Assembly (NCBI GenBank): GCA_951804945.1
Contig: OX638150.1
Coordinates: 107,942,001-108,006,000, forward strand
Source of the DNA: Podarcis cretensis
Taxonomy: Eukaryota
DNA length: 64,000 bases
Direction: 5' to 3'
The notes below the pieces were generated by a model. It was not told the DNA's origin. It saw nothing but the letters and a program-made list of their open reading frames with translations, and searched no databases. The first letter of the stretch is position 1. Every line of letters begins with the position of its first letter. The translations under genes were made by a program, and so were the position numbers. This document shows, piece by piece, positions 35,904-50,848 of the stretch.

Positions 35904-38394
35904 TATACAGTATAAGGGTGGTGCAACTGTTGCAAGTACATAATTGTATAGTGTAAAAAAACCATCCCCACACAACACCACTGCCATGGCTAGAACAATT
36001 CAGGAACCTTTTTAAAAAAGCTTTGGAGATCATGAAAGGATAAACACCCAGCCAGATATTCACATGAGAAAAAAATTGTCTTAAAAATGCAACACTTCCT
36101 GCTCCTCTCAGCAGCCCCGTAGCCCAAGAAGATACCCTTCCGCCCTGGAATGAAAGTGACTAGGCCAAAAGCTGTATTAAGGGAGTAACAGTTGGGGGGG
36201 GGGGAGCAGATATTGCTACACAAAAATAATCATCTCTGCCCAGTCTTAGGTTAAAGGGCAACATTCTACACCACTCCCTCTAGTCCACACACCCACTTTA
36301 TACATTTTCCTCCTTGTCAATCATATTTCTGTACATGCATACAACTAAAGACAGGCAAATACAAGAGTTAGTAAACAGTATTATCTACATCCCATGACCC
36401 TGGAAATTTCCACTAACACTAGGATCACCAACGTCACTTCTGTTATTTCTCCTAATTTCTAAAAATGTTCCGAGGCTCAGACTTCTATGATCAGAGCAAA
36501 GGCTCTGCGTTTAGCTATTATATACTTGCAATTGCAAGGCTGGAACTGTAAGCATTTTTAAAAATAGCTATGCCTTCAAAAGAATGTCTGAATTACCTCT
36601 TTATTCTGCTTACTAGTACAGGAGCTGCACAAAACATATCACTACAGAACAGGAAAAAACACTCAGTGGTTAAAACAGAGAAAAGCAAGGCCCACGAACA
36701 TGAGATCTGATTATGGTTTTTTAGCATTTGCTGACTTCTGAGGAAGCATAGAGAAGCTAACCAAAGCAGAATGCCAACTGAGCAGAGACCAATGTCCGAA
36801 CTACAATGTAAAAAAAGAGGGAGAGGGATAGGCCTGGTTGCATGTGATACTTAATTTGTGAAGTTCCTTAATTGCAACATAGCTTGCTTGAGAATTCTAT
36901 GACGACTTTGGGGACACAGCAACAACCATTCAAGGGAGGCTAAAGGAACAATGAACAAAAGGACTTTTGGCTTCCATCTATCAACCAAGTGAAGCCAGGT
37001 CTATTCTTACATGTCAGGAACTACATTCTTAAGGTCACAGCAGACACTGCATAAACTGGCACGTTTCAAGAAAGGGGATATGTGATCTGGATAGCAAGAG
37101 AGAGGCAGGTGATTTGTCTGAAGAGATTTGCCAGCAATGACAGATCACATGCAAGTGTGACCAGTCAATCCTGTGAACAAGGAGAAGGAATACAGAGCAG
37201 AGTTGCAGGTCTATCAGAACTATCACTAGATGAGAGTAGAAAGCAAAGAAAATGTGTGAGTTGGGAGTTTGTAGGTACCCCCAAAAAGCCTGGTTCTAGC
37301 AGACATTGTGGCATGACAAGAAGTGCCTTTCTGCCCATTCTGTGGTGATCTCAGTATGGCTACCTGTTTGTTCACCAATGGCCTGAGAGAAGTGCAGCAG
37401 ATTCACATCTACTAGGGATTAAGCTCCACTAAGGACCCTGGGACTTGCTTCTGAGTCAACGTGCACAGGACTGTAATGAACAAGTGGCAACAGCCTTAAT
37501 CCAAACAAATAAGGGAACCCAAGGCAATCATTTTGAATTTAGTACTGCAAAGATAGGGCAGGTTACTATTTCTCTGTCTCAGTTTGCACTCTGGAATAAG
37601 GGAACACCTATGTGTGGGAGAAGTGCACAGACAACAACTGCTAAAGGGACTGTTCTTGACTGGTATACTACAACCTCTCACCTCAACAATGGTCTGAGCT
37701 TAACTTAAAAGCTCTAAATTTATAGCGCAGAAATATAATGTTGATACTTCCCGCTCTTCAAACTTTTTTAGGAAGCATAATTTTGGGATGTACCCCTTAT
37801 TCAGCATTGAAGATCAAGGCTTTCAGACATCCAGAATCTACATTTTATGCTGCTGCTGATTTCAGCATAATTATCCTATCTTAGAGAGGCTTTCCAAAAA
37901 TCACAGCAACATTAACAACACTCCCTCGTTAAAATAGCATGTGCTTCACCGGTCATGGGCACGACAGACTGCAGTCAGCATTTGAAAATCGCCAGGCATA
38001 TTTTGCACCCAACTATCAGCCACTTGCAACCAATTGAAGAAGCCCTGGCACCAGGATGGCAACTGATGTCTCCACCATCTGAGGTACATGCCTGGGGATC
38101 CTTGGATCTTGACTGTTCTCACGATTTCCCCAGCCACTCTGGGCAGCTTACAGCATATATAATTTTTTTAAAACATCAGACATTAAAATTTTCCTGATAC
38201 AGGGCTGCCTTCAGATGTCAACAATGAATTCTATCCACTGTATTTTATCTGCACAACCAGAATGAATTTCAGGAACTAAAAGTTGTATTGAAAAATACAA
38301 CATTCGAGTTGTCTGGCCCCAAAATGGCAACTAGGTTTTCTGTTTTTGTCACTTAACCCTGTTTTAAGGAGCCATTTGGTGCCTAGCTTATATA

Positions 38395-38775
38395 TCTGAG
38401 GTTCTGTATACCTGAAGGAGCGTCTCCTCCCCCATCATTCTGCCGGACACTGAGGTCCAGCACCGAGGGCCTTCTGGTGATTCCCTCACTGCGAGAAGTG
38501 AGGTTACAGAGAACCAGGCAGAGGGCCTTCTTGGTAGGGGCGCCTACCCTGTGGAGTGCCCTCCCAGCAGATGTCAAGGAAATAAACAACTATCTTATTT
38601 TTAAAAGACATCTGAAGGCAGCCCTGTTTAGGGAAGTTTTTAATGTTTAATGCTGTATTGTGTTTTTAACATTCACTTGGGAGCCGCCCAGCGTGGCTAG
38701 GGAAACCCAGCCAGATGGGCAGGGTATAAACAATTAATAATAATAATAATAATAAATAATAATAATAACAACAAC
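38395..38775 (+). mobile_element. L2-type LINE 3' end with (TAA)n tail
   Basis: accaggcagagggccttc...ctgtggagtgccctccc...ctgaaggcagccctgttt and ccagatgggcagggtataaa then (taa)n. Confidence 0.75.
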
Positions 38776-40505
38776 ACTGACTGAAGTACTTGTTCTGCAT
38801 GCTAACCATTGCACTCTGTGTTAATCATAGTAATGACCCACTGCTTTTATCATCTTCAACCATGGTGACCATATCATAATGAAGGGCTAGGGCAGTGCTG
38901 CTGCCCCTTCCTGGAGACTCCCACCAAAAAAGGACAGATTCTTCATTTACACTCCCCAGTTATTGATTTCTGAAGATCTTGACCAAAGGCTTATTCTTCA
39001 CAACTCTTCATACTTATGCAAATCATTCCAAAGCAGCTCCCAAGTCTGGGAGTTTTCACATACTGCATCTCTGAATTTTACTAGTTTAGTGTCAACGTAT
39101 TCATATATATGGTTCAAGGAGCTATATATATAAATATGGAAACAAATGTACTGAGGAAAAGCTAAGCCAGAGAAAAGGTTTCTGAACTTGCTTCTAATGA
39201 AGACCTGCCTGGCTATCCAACATTCATTCTTAACTATATTTGGTATTAGGAAGCTGCTTCCATCACATCAGGAACTGCTTCCATTCTGCAACTCCTGCAA
39301 CTGGGGCCCCAAACACACTGCCTCCACTGACATGTTCCATACCTAGCACACACATCCCCAACACAGCAAAATCCCTACATTAAAACAAGAGTCATATGCT
39401 CTGTCAGTTTTTAAAGCTCTGACTCATCTGCTTCCCTCTTTCTCTTTAAGGCTAAAGCAAGCAAGCAAGCGAGTAAAGACCTAAGAAGAAAACCTAACTT
39501 TCTAGAGTCTCAGGTAAGCAGATTTTACCAGAGTTCTTTGCTGTATTCTGAATTTTGCTGCCTAGAATCAGTGCTCTCTTCCAGGGGAGAAAGGGAGCTG
39601 CAACACTGCTAGACAGGTGCTGCAACGCAGCTGCTACTTGTAGAAAAGGCTACGGATTTCCTCTCATGCCTCCAAAACCAGCAGATTCTACTACTAATCT
39701 ACTTCCCTACATTCTCAGACATAGTCTCATTAACTGTTTCCTCAGCCAGTCGCAATATGCAAGAGGATCTCCAATCTGTAATAATCAACATCTTTAGCTT
39801 ACATAGAAGTCAAATGTCCCACTTCAGCTTAGCCGTTGCAGAAAACTGAAGGATTCTTAACACCTAAGCTCACATGTTTTTTCCTGGAGCAAGGGTTTAC
39901 ACAATGTTGGGAGAGTCAGACAGGTTTTCAACGAGCATGTCGTGGGAAATTATGAAGCTCTTACAGATATCCCGGTAGTTTTCTGCTACAAACTATCTGC
40001 CCTGTCTGGAACTCGCAACAGTTCATTCTAGTGGTCTGCAACATCAACACAATTAGCAGGCTGGTTCACTTACAACCGTATCAGTGCAGAGGCCCTTTCA
40101 GAATGCTCAGAAAACTTTAAGAGTGACTTTTGACCAAGAGCAGAATCCCAGCATTTATGGGGTGAAAGGAAACAAACCCAAGAGATATAAACCAAGCTAG
40201 TAAATGCAACACTTCAAAATCCCATTCCTGAAAGTAAATGGATGATAGATGTAGATCAGATTCACCCTAACAAGTCTGTACTGAATGTGCAATATCTTCC
40301 AGTCCTAAGGCCTGGTCCTTATGGGTTCTTGCTGCCGACATGCGTCAGTGAACCAAGAAAACTAATTTTAAGAAATTAGGAGTTAAGCAGAACAGACACT
40401 AATTAAATATAAAGGTAATAGGACTGCAAAATAGGGTTTTCCTCCCTCTGAATGTATGCAGATAGATATAACTATCCTTCAAAAGCCAATATCCCCAGGG
40501 AAATA

Positions 40506-40833
40506 CAGTGGTGCCCCGCAAGACGAATGCCTCGCAAGACGGAAAACTCGCTAGATGAAAGAGTTTTCAGTTTTGGAGGTGCTTCGCAAAACGAATTTCC
40601 TATGGGCTTGCTTCGCAAGACGAAAATGTCTTGCGAGTTCCTGCGGGGGTTTTTTCCTCCCTCCCCCTTTTTCTAAGCCGCTAAGCCGCTTATCCACTAA
40701 GCCGATAAGCCACTAAAAGCCGCTAAACTGCTAATAGCGCTAATCCGCCAATGGGCTTGCTTCGCAAGACGAAAAAACCGATAGACGAAGAGAATCGCGG
40801 AACGGATTCTTTTCGTCTTGCAAGGCACCACAG
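40506..40833. mobile_element. Tc1/mariner MITE, family B (inverted relative to the 9452 copy)
   Basis: Near reverse complement of 9452-9793; TA TSD. Confidence 0.9.
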
Positions 40834-42537
40834 TAGACCCCTGTGCCCAAATTCCCATGTTGCAATAAAGGTGCCAGAGGACTATCTTCTTTTCTGTTAT
40901 GAACTACTATTCTGAAAGATGCAGTCTGGTTAACCGTTCAACTAGCATTTAAAAGGAGGGAAAGCACTTTTAAGATATTACAGGTTATAACTGAAGACTA
41001 AGGATGGATTGAAAAACGCCTGACTTTACTGGAGAAACCTTCGTGCCCTAGCATGCTATAAGCATTAAGGTGGAGTGCAGCATGTTGGGATTTGTAGTGT
41101 ACACTAGCCAGCAATGCATACTTAAAACAAGCTACTGCAGATCCGCCTCTGACAAGTTTTCAGTGCAACCACCCCTCTGACTGGACTTGATAAAATTTAC
41201 CAGGCTATAGATATATTACATTATCATTTTAATTCTACGTGGGAAACCTATGGCCCTCCAGCTGTTTTAGGGACTACAGGTCTCATAATTCCTGACCATT
41301 AGCCATTCCGGCTCATGTCCAACATGTGGAAGGTTCCCCATTCTTGATATAGGACAGATGTTCTAGCCTCAAGTTCTCTCCAGTTTCACAGATTTCCCCC
41401 CACATATAGAGATGTACAGTCAAATCACCAATAGCAAGTCATTGAAGAATGACTTATCTTCAGAATTTGTTAGCAAGCCACTGAAAGAATACACCACAAA
41501 AATACTATTCATAGTCCGTATTTAATTAGAGTAAGGGGCAGTTTTGTGGTAAACAAATTCCAAACAGTATTTTACTTTCACTTTAGTAGTATTGGACACA
41601 CATAGCATGAGACACTGAGCCCACCCAAAGTAAGGTCTGACACCACAAAATCGCAAAAGGAGGAAAATACTATCCCCATTTCACAGAAATAAGACTTTTC
41701 CAGAAAGCTGAAGCTAACAAAGCTGGGAAGTAACCCAAATTTACTTAAAGATCAACAGAAAAACCTACCTAAAAAAAACAACAACAGAAGTTTTCAGCAC
41801 ACAAGATAATTCTAGTTTTTAAAACTACTGACTATCAACTGATGTAATTCAACTAGTACAAATCTGTGCACAAAAGATTATTTCTATTTTATCAAACCTA
41901 TTTCAGTCATAGGTTAAGTCAATTAAGAACAGATTGAAGCTAATCCGAAATAAGCTATTAACACCAAAGTAAGTGTCCAGTCAAGGTTGGCATCACTTAA
42001 AACCAGTACAAGTAATATTATGAATTTTAGGTTTCAATTCCAACCCAACTTACCTGGGTGGGAATAAACTCCTTGAACTCAATAGGATTTACTTCTGATT
42101 AGATATAGTTAGAATTGTGCTGTAAGGTACTAAGTACAGTATCAAGAAATGAGGCCCATCACTGCTGCCCCATCTCCAACTGTCCTCTTAACAATCATAA
42201 TTGCCTCTGAAACACATTTGATGTGAAAATATCAGGAAGGTATATGGCAACTCCCATGACGACAGTTTACAGACTTTCAACATGCATTCAAGCAGACTTG
42301 GGAACACAACTCAAGTTTATCTCCAGATGCAAGCCTGACCTAGGCTGTAACACACAACAACAGACAGGTCACAGGGCACCCTAGGAGTCCCAAAAAATAT
42401 ATTTTTTAAAAATGGAAGATACATTCAAACTACTGGAGGGTTCTCACAACTCTCCACTTCACTCCATGAAAATGTTTCAAAACTATCTATGTACTTTAGC
42501 CCACAAGCAATCAGGGGGAGCAGCATTTATTCTACAG

Positions 42538-42674
42538 CAGGCATAGGCAAACTCAGCTCTCCAGATGTTTTTAGGACTACAACTCCCATCATCCCTAGCT
42601 AGCAGGACCAGTGGTCAGGGATGATGGGAATTGTAGTCCCAAAACATCTGGAGGGCTGAGTTTGCCTATGCCTG
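42538..42674. mobile_element. Palindromic hAT MITE
   Basis: TIR caggcataggcaaactcag...ctgagtttgcctatgcctg; perfect 8-bp TSD ttctacag. Confidence 0.92.
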
Positions 42675-44022
42675 TTCTACAGCATTTATTAAAAGCAAGT
42701 GCCTACAGCAATATACATTGCAGTTCAACCGATGCAACAAAGAACTTAGACCCCAGTAACCTTCAGTAAGCCACAACCCCTCTACTTTATATCCCAAACA
42801 ACGTGAGATTCATGAACTATGCCATAGGGTTGAAGGGCTATGTATAACAAAGCAATGATGATAGGGATCATTCAAGTACATCAGGCATCTAGATTCTAGG
42901 GCAAGAGCAGAAGTAACACAGATGTGACAATTTGTGACAAGGAACAAAGTGAAACTAACTGAAATGTGATACCACTCATCCACTTGTGTCTCAAAAACAA
43001 TAATTTAATACCTGGTGCAGGTACGTATATTCTCTTGACTCCGCCCCCTCTCCACATTTGATTTATACATAGTAAAGGAAGTTATACACAGGTCTATAGC
43101 ACTAGTATTACTAGTACAAATCAGCAACAGTACTAATAGTGTTAGTAAATTAGTCCTGGACTACAGTTTGCAGGAGGTATAAACAAGAATAAAACTGACA
43201 ATGGAGATTTAAAGCTGTAGTTTCCTTCTCGCCCCTCTAAAAACGACCAACTTTCCGGACAATCTTATAGCCTGCCATAGGTCTACAGCATAGGACACAA
43301 ATCTAGATAACATATGACTTTCCAAATGTTATCAGATTAGGTAACCTAGAAATGAATTTTGTTTCCCAGCAATGAGGAACTCATGCTGTGAAATTTCAGA
43401 AACGTTCTTGTGACCTCCATCTCAGGAGTGGTCTACATGGCTAGAAGCACTCTTCATGCCACACTTTCTGTGTTATATGGCTCGAAACATCCATTTTCTA
43501 GCCCAGGTTTAGTTGACAATTTTGTCATGGCATAGGATGCAACAGAATCTATCTGACACACCTTGAGGTCTATGGGCCCTGAAGGACTAACAAGAGTAAA
43601 CTTGTCTGCATCAAACAACAACAGCAACTACAGCTTTAAACATGAGGTGTTGCTTTTAGTCACACTTGCATAATTTCCTAAAGTTGCATTCAACTAGCAA
43701 CTTGTCAGTGCTTCGTTTCACTCTTTCGATCCAGAGTGAGAAAGGCATTAAGATTTTTAAAACATTTCAGAATAAGAAATGCTTCCGCAGCTTTCACATG
43801 GCTTCCCATGCTCTTCAGCAAATTTCATATCTGGGGCTATAGTATGAATGCACAAAAGCCTCCACTATATAATACATGCCAAAAGAAACTCTTTTAGTGG
43901 TAAACAAGTTAATCTGAGCATTATAAACTGATTGAGCATGCTATAAAAGCACTGACTAAGATTCCTAGCAACGTACTCAAGTCCTATCCCCTAAGCAGAG
44001 TCCAGTAGGACAAAAGTAACTG

Positions 44023-44354
44023 GTAATGTTATAAAGGAGTATCTAAAGATGGATTGTTAACAGGTGAGAATGTAAAGTTATAATATATTAAGATAAATTA
44101 TTAAGATAAAAGCAAAAATGGAAAGGATTTGCTGAAACAACTAATTGAACTAGAATACAAAAAAGGGAGGTGCGAGGAGGTCAGGGAAACAAGTAAATGA
44201 AAGTCAAGACATGGAAAAGTTGATTTGTTTTTAATTGTTTTTACATTTTTGTACTTTGTATTTTTTTGCTTCTTTTTGTTTTGTTTTGTTTTTCTTCTTT
44301 TATTCCTGTAACTTTTTTGAAACTTTAATAAATATTATTCAGGGGGGGGGGGGA
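44023..44354 (+). mobile_element. 5'-truncated L1/Tx1-like LINE 3' end
   Basis: 13-bp TSD acaaaagtaactg, T-rich 3'UTR, aataaa, tail of G/A. Confidence 0.65.
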
Positions 44355-46931
44355 ACAAAAGTAACTGTTGAATACTGTCAGTGTGGAAAAGGGAAGGAAT
44401 CCTCCATAGTTAGAATAGTGTCAAACTTCCACCCCTGGTTTTTGTTTAGCCAGAAGGTAAAAAAGAAAGAGATGTGGTTTTCAATCCATCTGTATGTACA
44501 GAAGTACACTTTCCTCAGTTCTTCCAGATAAAAAGGATCAGGCCTAGTGAAATGCCATTTAAGTTTTTTCCAAATTTTCCTCTGCTATGATGGCTTGTAA
44601 GCACTCACTAACCGTTTGCAATCCATATGCTAGAAGCAACTGCCAGAGACTGCCATTCCTTTGGGATACTGAAATACCTCAGAAACAGAGAAATCCCTAC
44701 TCTACTATGATTCTAATGAACAAGCAGTAAAGCAGAAGGAGTTGTAGATTGATAGATATATAGATGAAAAATATTCTTCTTTGAAAATGCACTACCACCA
44801 CATAAGTCCCATTTTGTTCTCTGAAAGAGATTTGTTAAACCAGCTGTTAGAATAACTAAAAAGCCTGATATTTGCTAATTAAAGTATTCAAGACTGGGTT
44901 CTTAATGTTAAAAGATTCAAGCACAACATTTAGGCTATCCCTTATCATTTATCTGGGATAAGACATCAGTGCAGCAAGAACCCTGATAATCCAGGCCCAC
45001 AAAGAAGAGTGAAGAACATAGCAAGACTGTAAAAACTTACATTGCCTAACTTTCTATTTTTAAAAGTCACACAAATTAGATGTACAGGAAGTGAGACTAT
45101 AAGCGACTGTTTTTGTCTTCAGCAGGGATGCCCCCAAAATAAATGAATTCCAGAACTTCTGCTAAAGGAATCCATTCAAGTGCCTCTTCTACACTAGTGT
45201 AGTCCCACCGTCCATCAGAGAAAATTGCTCCAGAATTGCCCCTAATATGAGCAAAATCTGCCAGGGCAATGACTAACTTTTCAATTTCTCAAACCCGATG
45301 TATTTATTTTCAATTGTCAATACTTGAAAGCCAGTTCCTTATCTGTTAGCCATTATTCAACCTGAGTAGCCAACCTTTATCAATTTCATTCAGTTCCTCC
45401 ACCTTACAGGATAAGCTCTTTGCTAACACCATTCCAATTAAAGCCATTTGTTCAATACCGGTTTCTATTGCCCTTATGTTTTCTACAAGTCAACATCCCC
45501 ACAAAACTGCATTGTTGTAGTGTTTTTGCAGTCTGGCTTAAGGGACCAAAATGTGTGCTACCTAACATACAAAGGGCACAAAGCATCTTAATGTAGGCAA
45601 CCACACCAGTGTGACTTACAAACTGAAATTCCATTTGATAAAAGGTGCACAAAAGTGCAACTCCATGGATCTTGACTGTTTTCACACACTAATACCACAT
45701 CCTGTAGAATTCTATCAGTTATATTTTGACTGCACAATCATAATGAATTTCAGGAACCAAAATGCTTTTTTTCACCTACCCCACCCCCACCCCCGTCCCT
45801 GCTCACAGTTGTGAGCAGTATTCTTACATCATGAATGGTCCATGTCACCATTAAGAAAAAGAAGTAGAAATAGGTCAATATACATGTGGACTGTTCCTGG
45901 ATAAAGTTCTCAAAGTTCTTAACCTAGTTTAAGGTTGTAATCTGTACAAGCCAGATATTTAACTAATAATCAATCACGGTCAGTCCATCATTTGAAAAAC
46001 AAGACTTTAGAGCCATCTTATCCTAAAATAGCAACTAGACATTCCGTTTTGGCGACTGCAACATTGGTTTAATGAGCCATTTGCCCCCTTGCTTATAAAT
46101 CTGAGTTTCTAACAACAATTCTGATGTGACAAAATAATGTTCTGAATGAGAAAAGGAATGGCCCTACGAAAGGGGCCTCAAACACAAGTAGGTTGAAAGG
46201 CCCAGCGGATACTCAGAAGCCACATGCTCCCTGGCATGTTCCTTAATATACTAGAGGGAAGGGAGCACAGAGTTGACTGATAACAGGGTATCCCAGCCTT
46301 GAAAACAGCTTAATATTTTCTGTGGAATACAGAAGAGGAGCTCCAGGCCATGTTGAAGACCAATGAAGGATCTCACTACAATTAATTCTGTTTGTGTCCT
46401 GAATGGAACATGCAGCCATTAGCTCCATTTCAGTGGCATTCAGAAATGAAATTCAAGTGAATACTAAAGATCTTAGGGCACTGCTCACTGACAAGCTCAA
46501 GGGTCTACTGCAGTTGCTTTGGAGCAGGGAACAGGTGGCACACATTTTTGCCTTTATCTGCTGTTCTTTGTATTGCTTTACTTCTGTTTTTACAACCAGT
46601 TAGGAAGCTATCATCAAACTGCTTACTCTTAAGTATTATTTCCAAATGTGCTCAACAGAATCACTCTAAAGCCACTAAAGCTAAAATTAATAGAAAAGCA
46701 CTGTAAAGTTCTTGTTTTTAAAAAATTGTAGCATCTGAGTCAAGCATTTTCTAGCAAAAACATTCATTTTCCTAGAACCAGCTAATACCCTTGACACTCA
46801 AGGCGCAGAAACATCAAGAATTTTATCAGGATTCCTCCAACTGTGTGAGGGGAGAAAACCAGCATGTATGGTTATTAGGGCTCCTAACATTTTGGGTCTC
46901 AGGAATATGAGTTATTTTTTCAGTTTTACAA

Positions 46932-47030
46932 ATTTTCATATTGAAAATGATCTTGAACAGTATGGTATATTTGAAATTAGAAATATTTCAAATATACCAT
47001 ACTGTTCAGGATCATTTTCAATGTGAGAAT
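46932..47030. repeat. Inverted repeat, 46-bp arms, 7-nt loop
   Basis: Arms are complementary at 43 of 46 positions. Confidence 0.9.
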
Positions 47031-49674
47031 CATTTGTACTCAGTTACTGTAGGATAACACTGCCTAGCACAGAAATACAAATATCTTTCTTCATAACAGA
47101 AATCTGCCAAAATGAGTTGCAGCCTAGACTTATGTGTTAAAGCAGCTCTGCGGGTTTTAAAAAACACTTTTTTAATATGAAAGACCCTGCAGCTTGTTTT
47201 TGCATTAATGTCATATTATGAAACCAGGATGCAATTTTAAAGTGTCATCGTTTTCAGTATAAACCATCACAAATGCCACCCTTTAATGTAGGCAAATCAT
47301 GCCAGATTCTTCTGGTGTTTAAAGAACATTTTCAAGGGTGTTGAAAATCTATTCCAGGGGTTCTCAAAACCACAATCTTAACAGCCTCCACCAAAACCAA
47401 CCAAATCAGAGATTTAGCAAGCATAATCACTTAAGTCCTAGACAAATGGATCAAATCATGGTTGAGGGGCACACATGATGTGTAAACATATAATAGCACT
47501 TGCAAGGAAAGCTCCCCTCCTCCTCCATATTGTCAGTTATGGATCTTAGGCAACTGCCCATGTCTTACCAACCAGAGGAGGGCACCTCAACACTCTGGTC
47601 CCTGACAGATCCAGCACACAAGACAATGTCAAGGAGGAGCTCTGTCTTCCCCTTACAACTGCCAGTGTCTCCTTAAGAAAGACTGCATCACAGTGTTTAA
47701 CCATGGGATTAGACTATGGTGACTGTAAGACTTCAAGAAGCAAGAATATTAAAGCACCACAATACTTGAGCAGGAGCAGATATTTATAAGCACCAGAAAT
47801 AGACCACTGTTGTATTAGATGGGGAACAGTGTACTTGTTGTAAACCTGCCTCAAGCAGTTCCATGTATGCTTTGCCCAGGTACCTAGCTGGAAGGGGCCA
47901 TTCTTTCAAATGGGCTCTGCTGCCACTTGCAAAATGTGTCATATTTTGACTGCACTCTCTGAATGGAAAATCCTCTCAGCGCTAGGAGGCTAGTGTCTGC
48001 TGTACACACCCATTGCACAAAGCAGAAATTCCTGTCAATAAGGCAAATGGGGCCCAGGCAATGTAAGGGGAGGAAAGAGACCTACAAACAATAAGCAAAG
48101 CATCTGGCTCTCTGATTTACTGGAAGGGAAGCTAAAGTCAGACAAACTGTAATCACAGGGCTGCATCTCCCACTTCAGAAAGATCAGATCAATTCTTGCA
48201 ACTGCAAAGGCTGTAAAGGAGACAGACATCCCTGGATATCCAGGCCAAATCCTAAAAGCAGTCCCAAAGACTGACAGCGATGGGTGAAAACTCAATTTGC
48301 ATCATTCTAGTTGAAAGCTTGCATGCCCCAGAAAGAAGTCCCCTCTCAGTGCATGAACCAGCCATCTCCTAAGTGCAGCACTAATGGAGGTTGTGCTGCT
48401 GTCCTTCCCTGGAGACAGCAGCCAACACTACTGAAGCTTCTCACGTAGCAACCAGAGCTCCAGAGCCAACATTAGCTGCTTGTCAACGCTCTGAACGTTC
48501 ACCCACAGGATCCAAAGCAAAGCAGCAACCTCGGTCACCTCTGCGCTGCAAGACATAGCTAGCAAAACCGACTTCCTGGGCCAGCTGGAGGGGGGAGGGG
48601 GCAGACTGCCTGATGTCACCTTCATAGGTGAAAAGGGAGAGTCCTGAACGCCATTAAGGAAGTAGTCCGTCTTTGTCTAGTCTGTAACCCATATCCTCAA
48701 GCTCATTTGGAAAACATGTTTGCAATCAGGCCTATGTCTTCACTGCCAAAAATCATGGGTTTTGAGGCCATGGCCCCATCCCCCTACAATACAAAACCAA
48801 TTCATTGTGCTGCCCACAGCCTCTGCCTGAGTGAGCCTTAAATACTCCAATTACATAATGGGCCAGGGAGAGAAACTGCAGGAGGCCACACTGCAAGGGC
48901 CATTATCTCCTTAAAGTAACACCAACCTCAGCAAAAGGAATCCCAGTAGCATATTTTGTTCCATTCTGAAAAATCTCCCTGAGCATAGGGGCTGCTGCCT
49001 GAAGTACAGGAGACCCCACTGGTTAACTGCAGAGACAAAACCTCTCTCAGCTAGGTACTTCACAAGGAAGAAGCTTCTGGCATTCTCTAACCTCACCAAC
49101 CATTTCCCAGATTACTAAAAAACCATTCCCCAAAACTGTAAAAAGGATTTTTGTCTCAGCAAGGCAGCTCTGTTTCAAGTAGCAGCAGGCCACTGGCACC
49201 CCAAGGACAAGCTGCTAAAGACAAGAGTGGGGGGAGACTGTGACGACCTTGCCCACAGCACTATTACTGTGTTTACAAGGGGCTGTGTTACCAATTAAGA
49301 CGCAGAGATCAATGCAAGAAAACCGAAAAAAGTACCCTGATAGAGCACAAACGTCAGACAATGAAAAAGTTGGGGGAGGGGGTCCATACTGCAGCCTCCA
49401 GGGAAAAGGAGAAGAGGATTATTAAAGTGCACCACCATCGCCACACAAGCACCATGAGAAAGCAGAAAATGCAGGTCAAACACCTCCTCCCCCGTTGCCT
49501 GAAGGAGCCAGCAAGTCAGAAGCAGACAGCCGAGGAAAGGGAGGGGGCGGGAAGGGAAGGGAAGGGAAGGAGCAGCAGCAGCTCAGGGGAAGCTGCTTCA
49601 GCACATGGAGGAGGAGGGGTGGAAGCAGAGGGGAGGCAATGGTGAACTCACAGAGGAGCACAGACGGGCGGTCG

Positions 49675-49684
49675 CACGCACGCA

Positions 49685-49721
<37 letters not shown>
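49675..49721. repeat. (CA)n microsatellite
   Basis: Direct reading; another (CA)n at about 49972-49993. Confidence 0.9.
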
Positions 49722-49726
<5 letters not shown>

Positions 49727-50202
49727 CCTGGCAAACAGCTGCTTTGAAGTGGAAGCCATCGTCCCAGAAAGGGATTTTCCCACATTCTCACAGTAGGCTT
49801 TCCACAGAAGATTGGACCGGCTACTTCCCCACCTCCAGCACTACCCTGCTCCACACACGCACACAGACACACTGCACCGAGAGAATCCTGCCTGGGAACC
49901 CGAAACAGGAATGAATTCAGAGGTTCCTTCAAACCACCACCCCTCCCCCCCACCCATTCTCTCCCTCTCACAACACACACACACACACACACAGAGGCCA
50001 CTCTCCCTCCCACCTCCTCCAGGACCAGACACGCAGGTTCGCCATGACGCCCCCGCTCTCCTCCAGCGCCTGGCACCAGGCAAGCTCACCCGCACCCCCC
50101 ACGGCGAGGAAGGTGGGGGATGGGTGGGAGCGAAATGGAAAACAGTCCCACCACCTTCCCTCCCTCCCTGCGGTAAGACCTCGGCGGGGATTCCCACTCA
50201 TG

Positions 50203-50333
50203 NNNNNNNNNNNNNNNNNNNNNNNNNNNNNNNNNNNNNNNNNNNNNNNNNNNNNNNNNNNNNNNNNNNNNNNNNNNNNNNNNNNNNNNNNNNNNNNNNN
50301 NNNNNNNNNNNNNNNNNNNNNNNNNNNNNNNNN
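50203..50333. other. Assembly gap (131 N)
   Basis: Run of N. Confidence 1.
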
Positions 50334-50848
50334 TCTGGATGTAACGAGAGGAGTGCGTGTGAATGTATGTAGATATATATGCACACACGTATATGTATAT
50401 GTATACACATTCACACGCACCCCTCTCTTCACATCCAGGTGCCTCCAAAGGTGCAGGCCAGGGAGTGTGACCTCTTTCTTTCCCCTCCGACATGCGGGAG
50501 AGGCTCCCCTTCCCCTGGAAGAGCCAGGCTGAGGTGCTTCTCTCCCTCACGCCCTCCCCGCCCCCCACATCCCTAAACCCCCCACCGCAGGGCAGAGAAG
50601 GCATGGAGAGAGTTCCCGGGCAGCTGGAAAGATGCGGGAGCTTGAAAGGAGGCGGTGAGAGAAGGGGCTGGAGCAGAGGAAGGACCACCGAGAAACAAGC
50701 CCTCACCACCGCCACCGCCACCACCATAAGTTTCCCGCCCCTCCCCCTCCATGGGTCTCTTTCCCACCCGCCTCCCGCCTTTTGAACGGGTGTCCCCTCT
50801 TCACCCCACACGCCCCCTTTTTCCTGCTCTTCCTTTGCCTTGGCTGAC

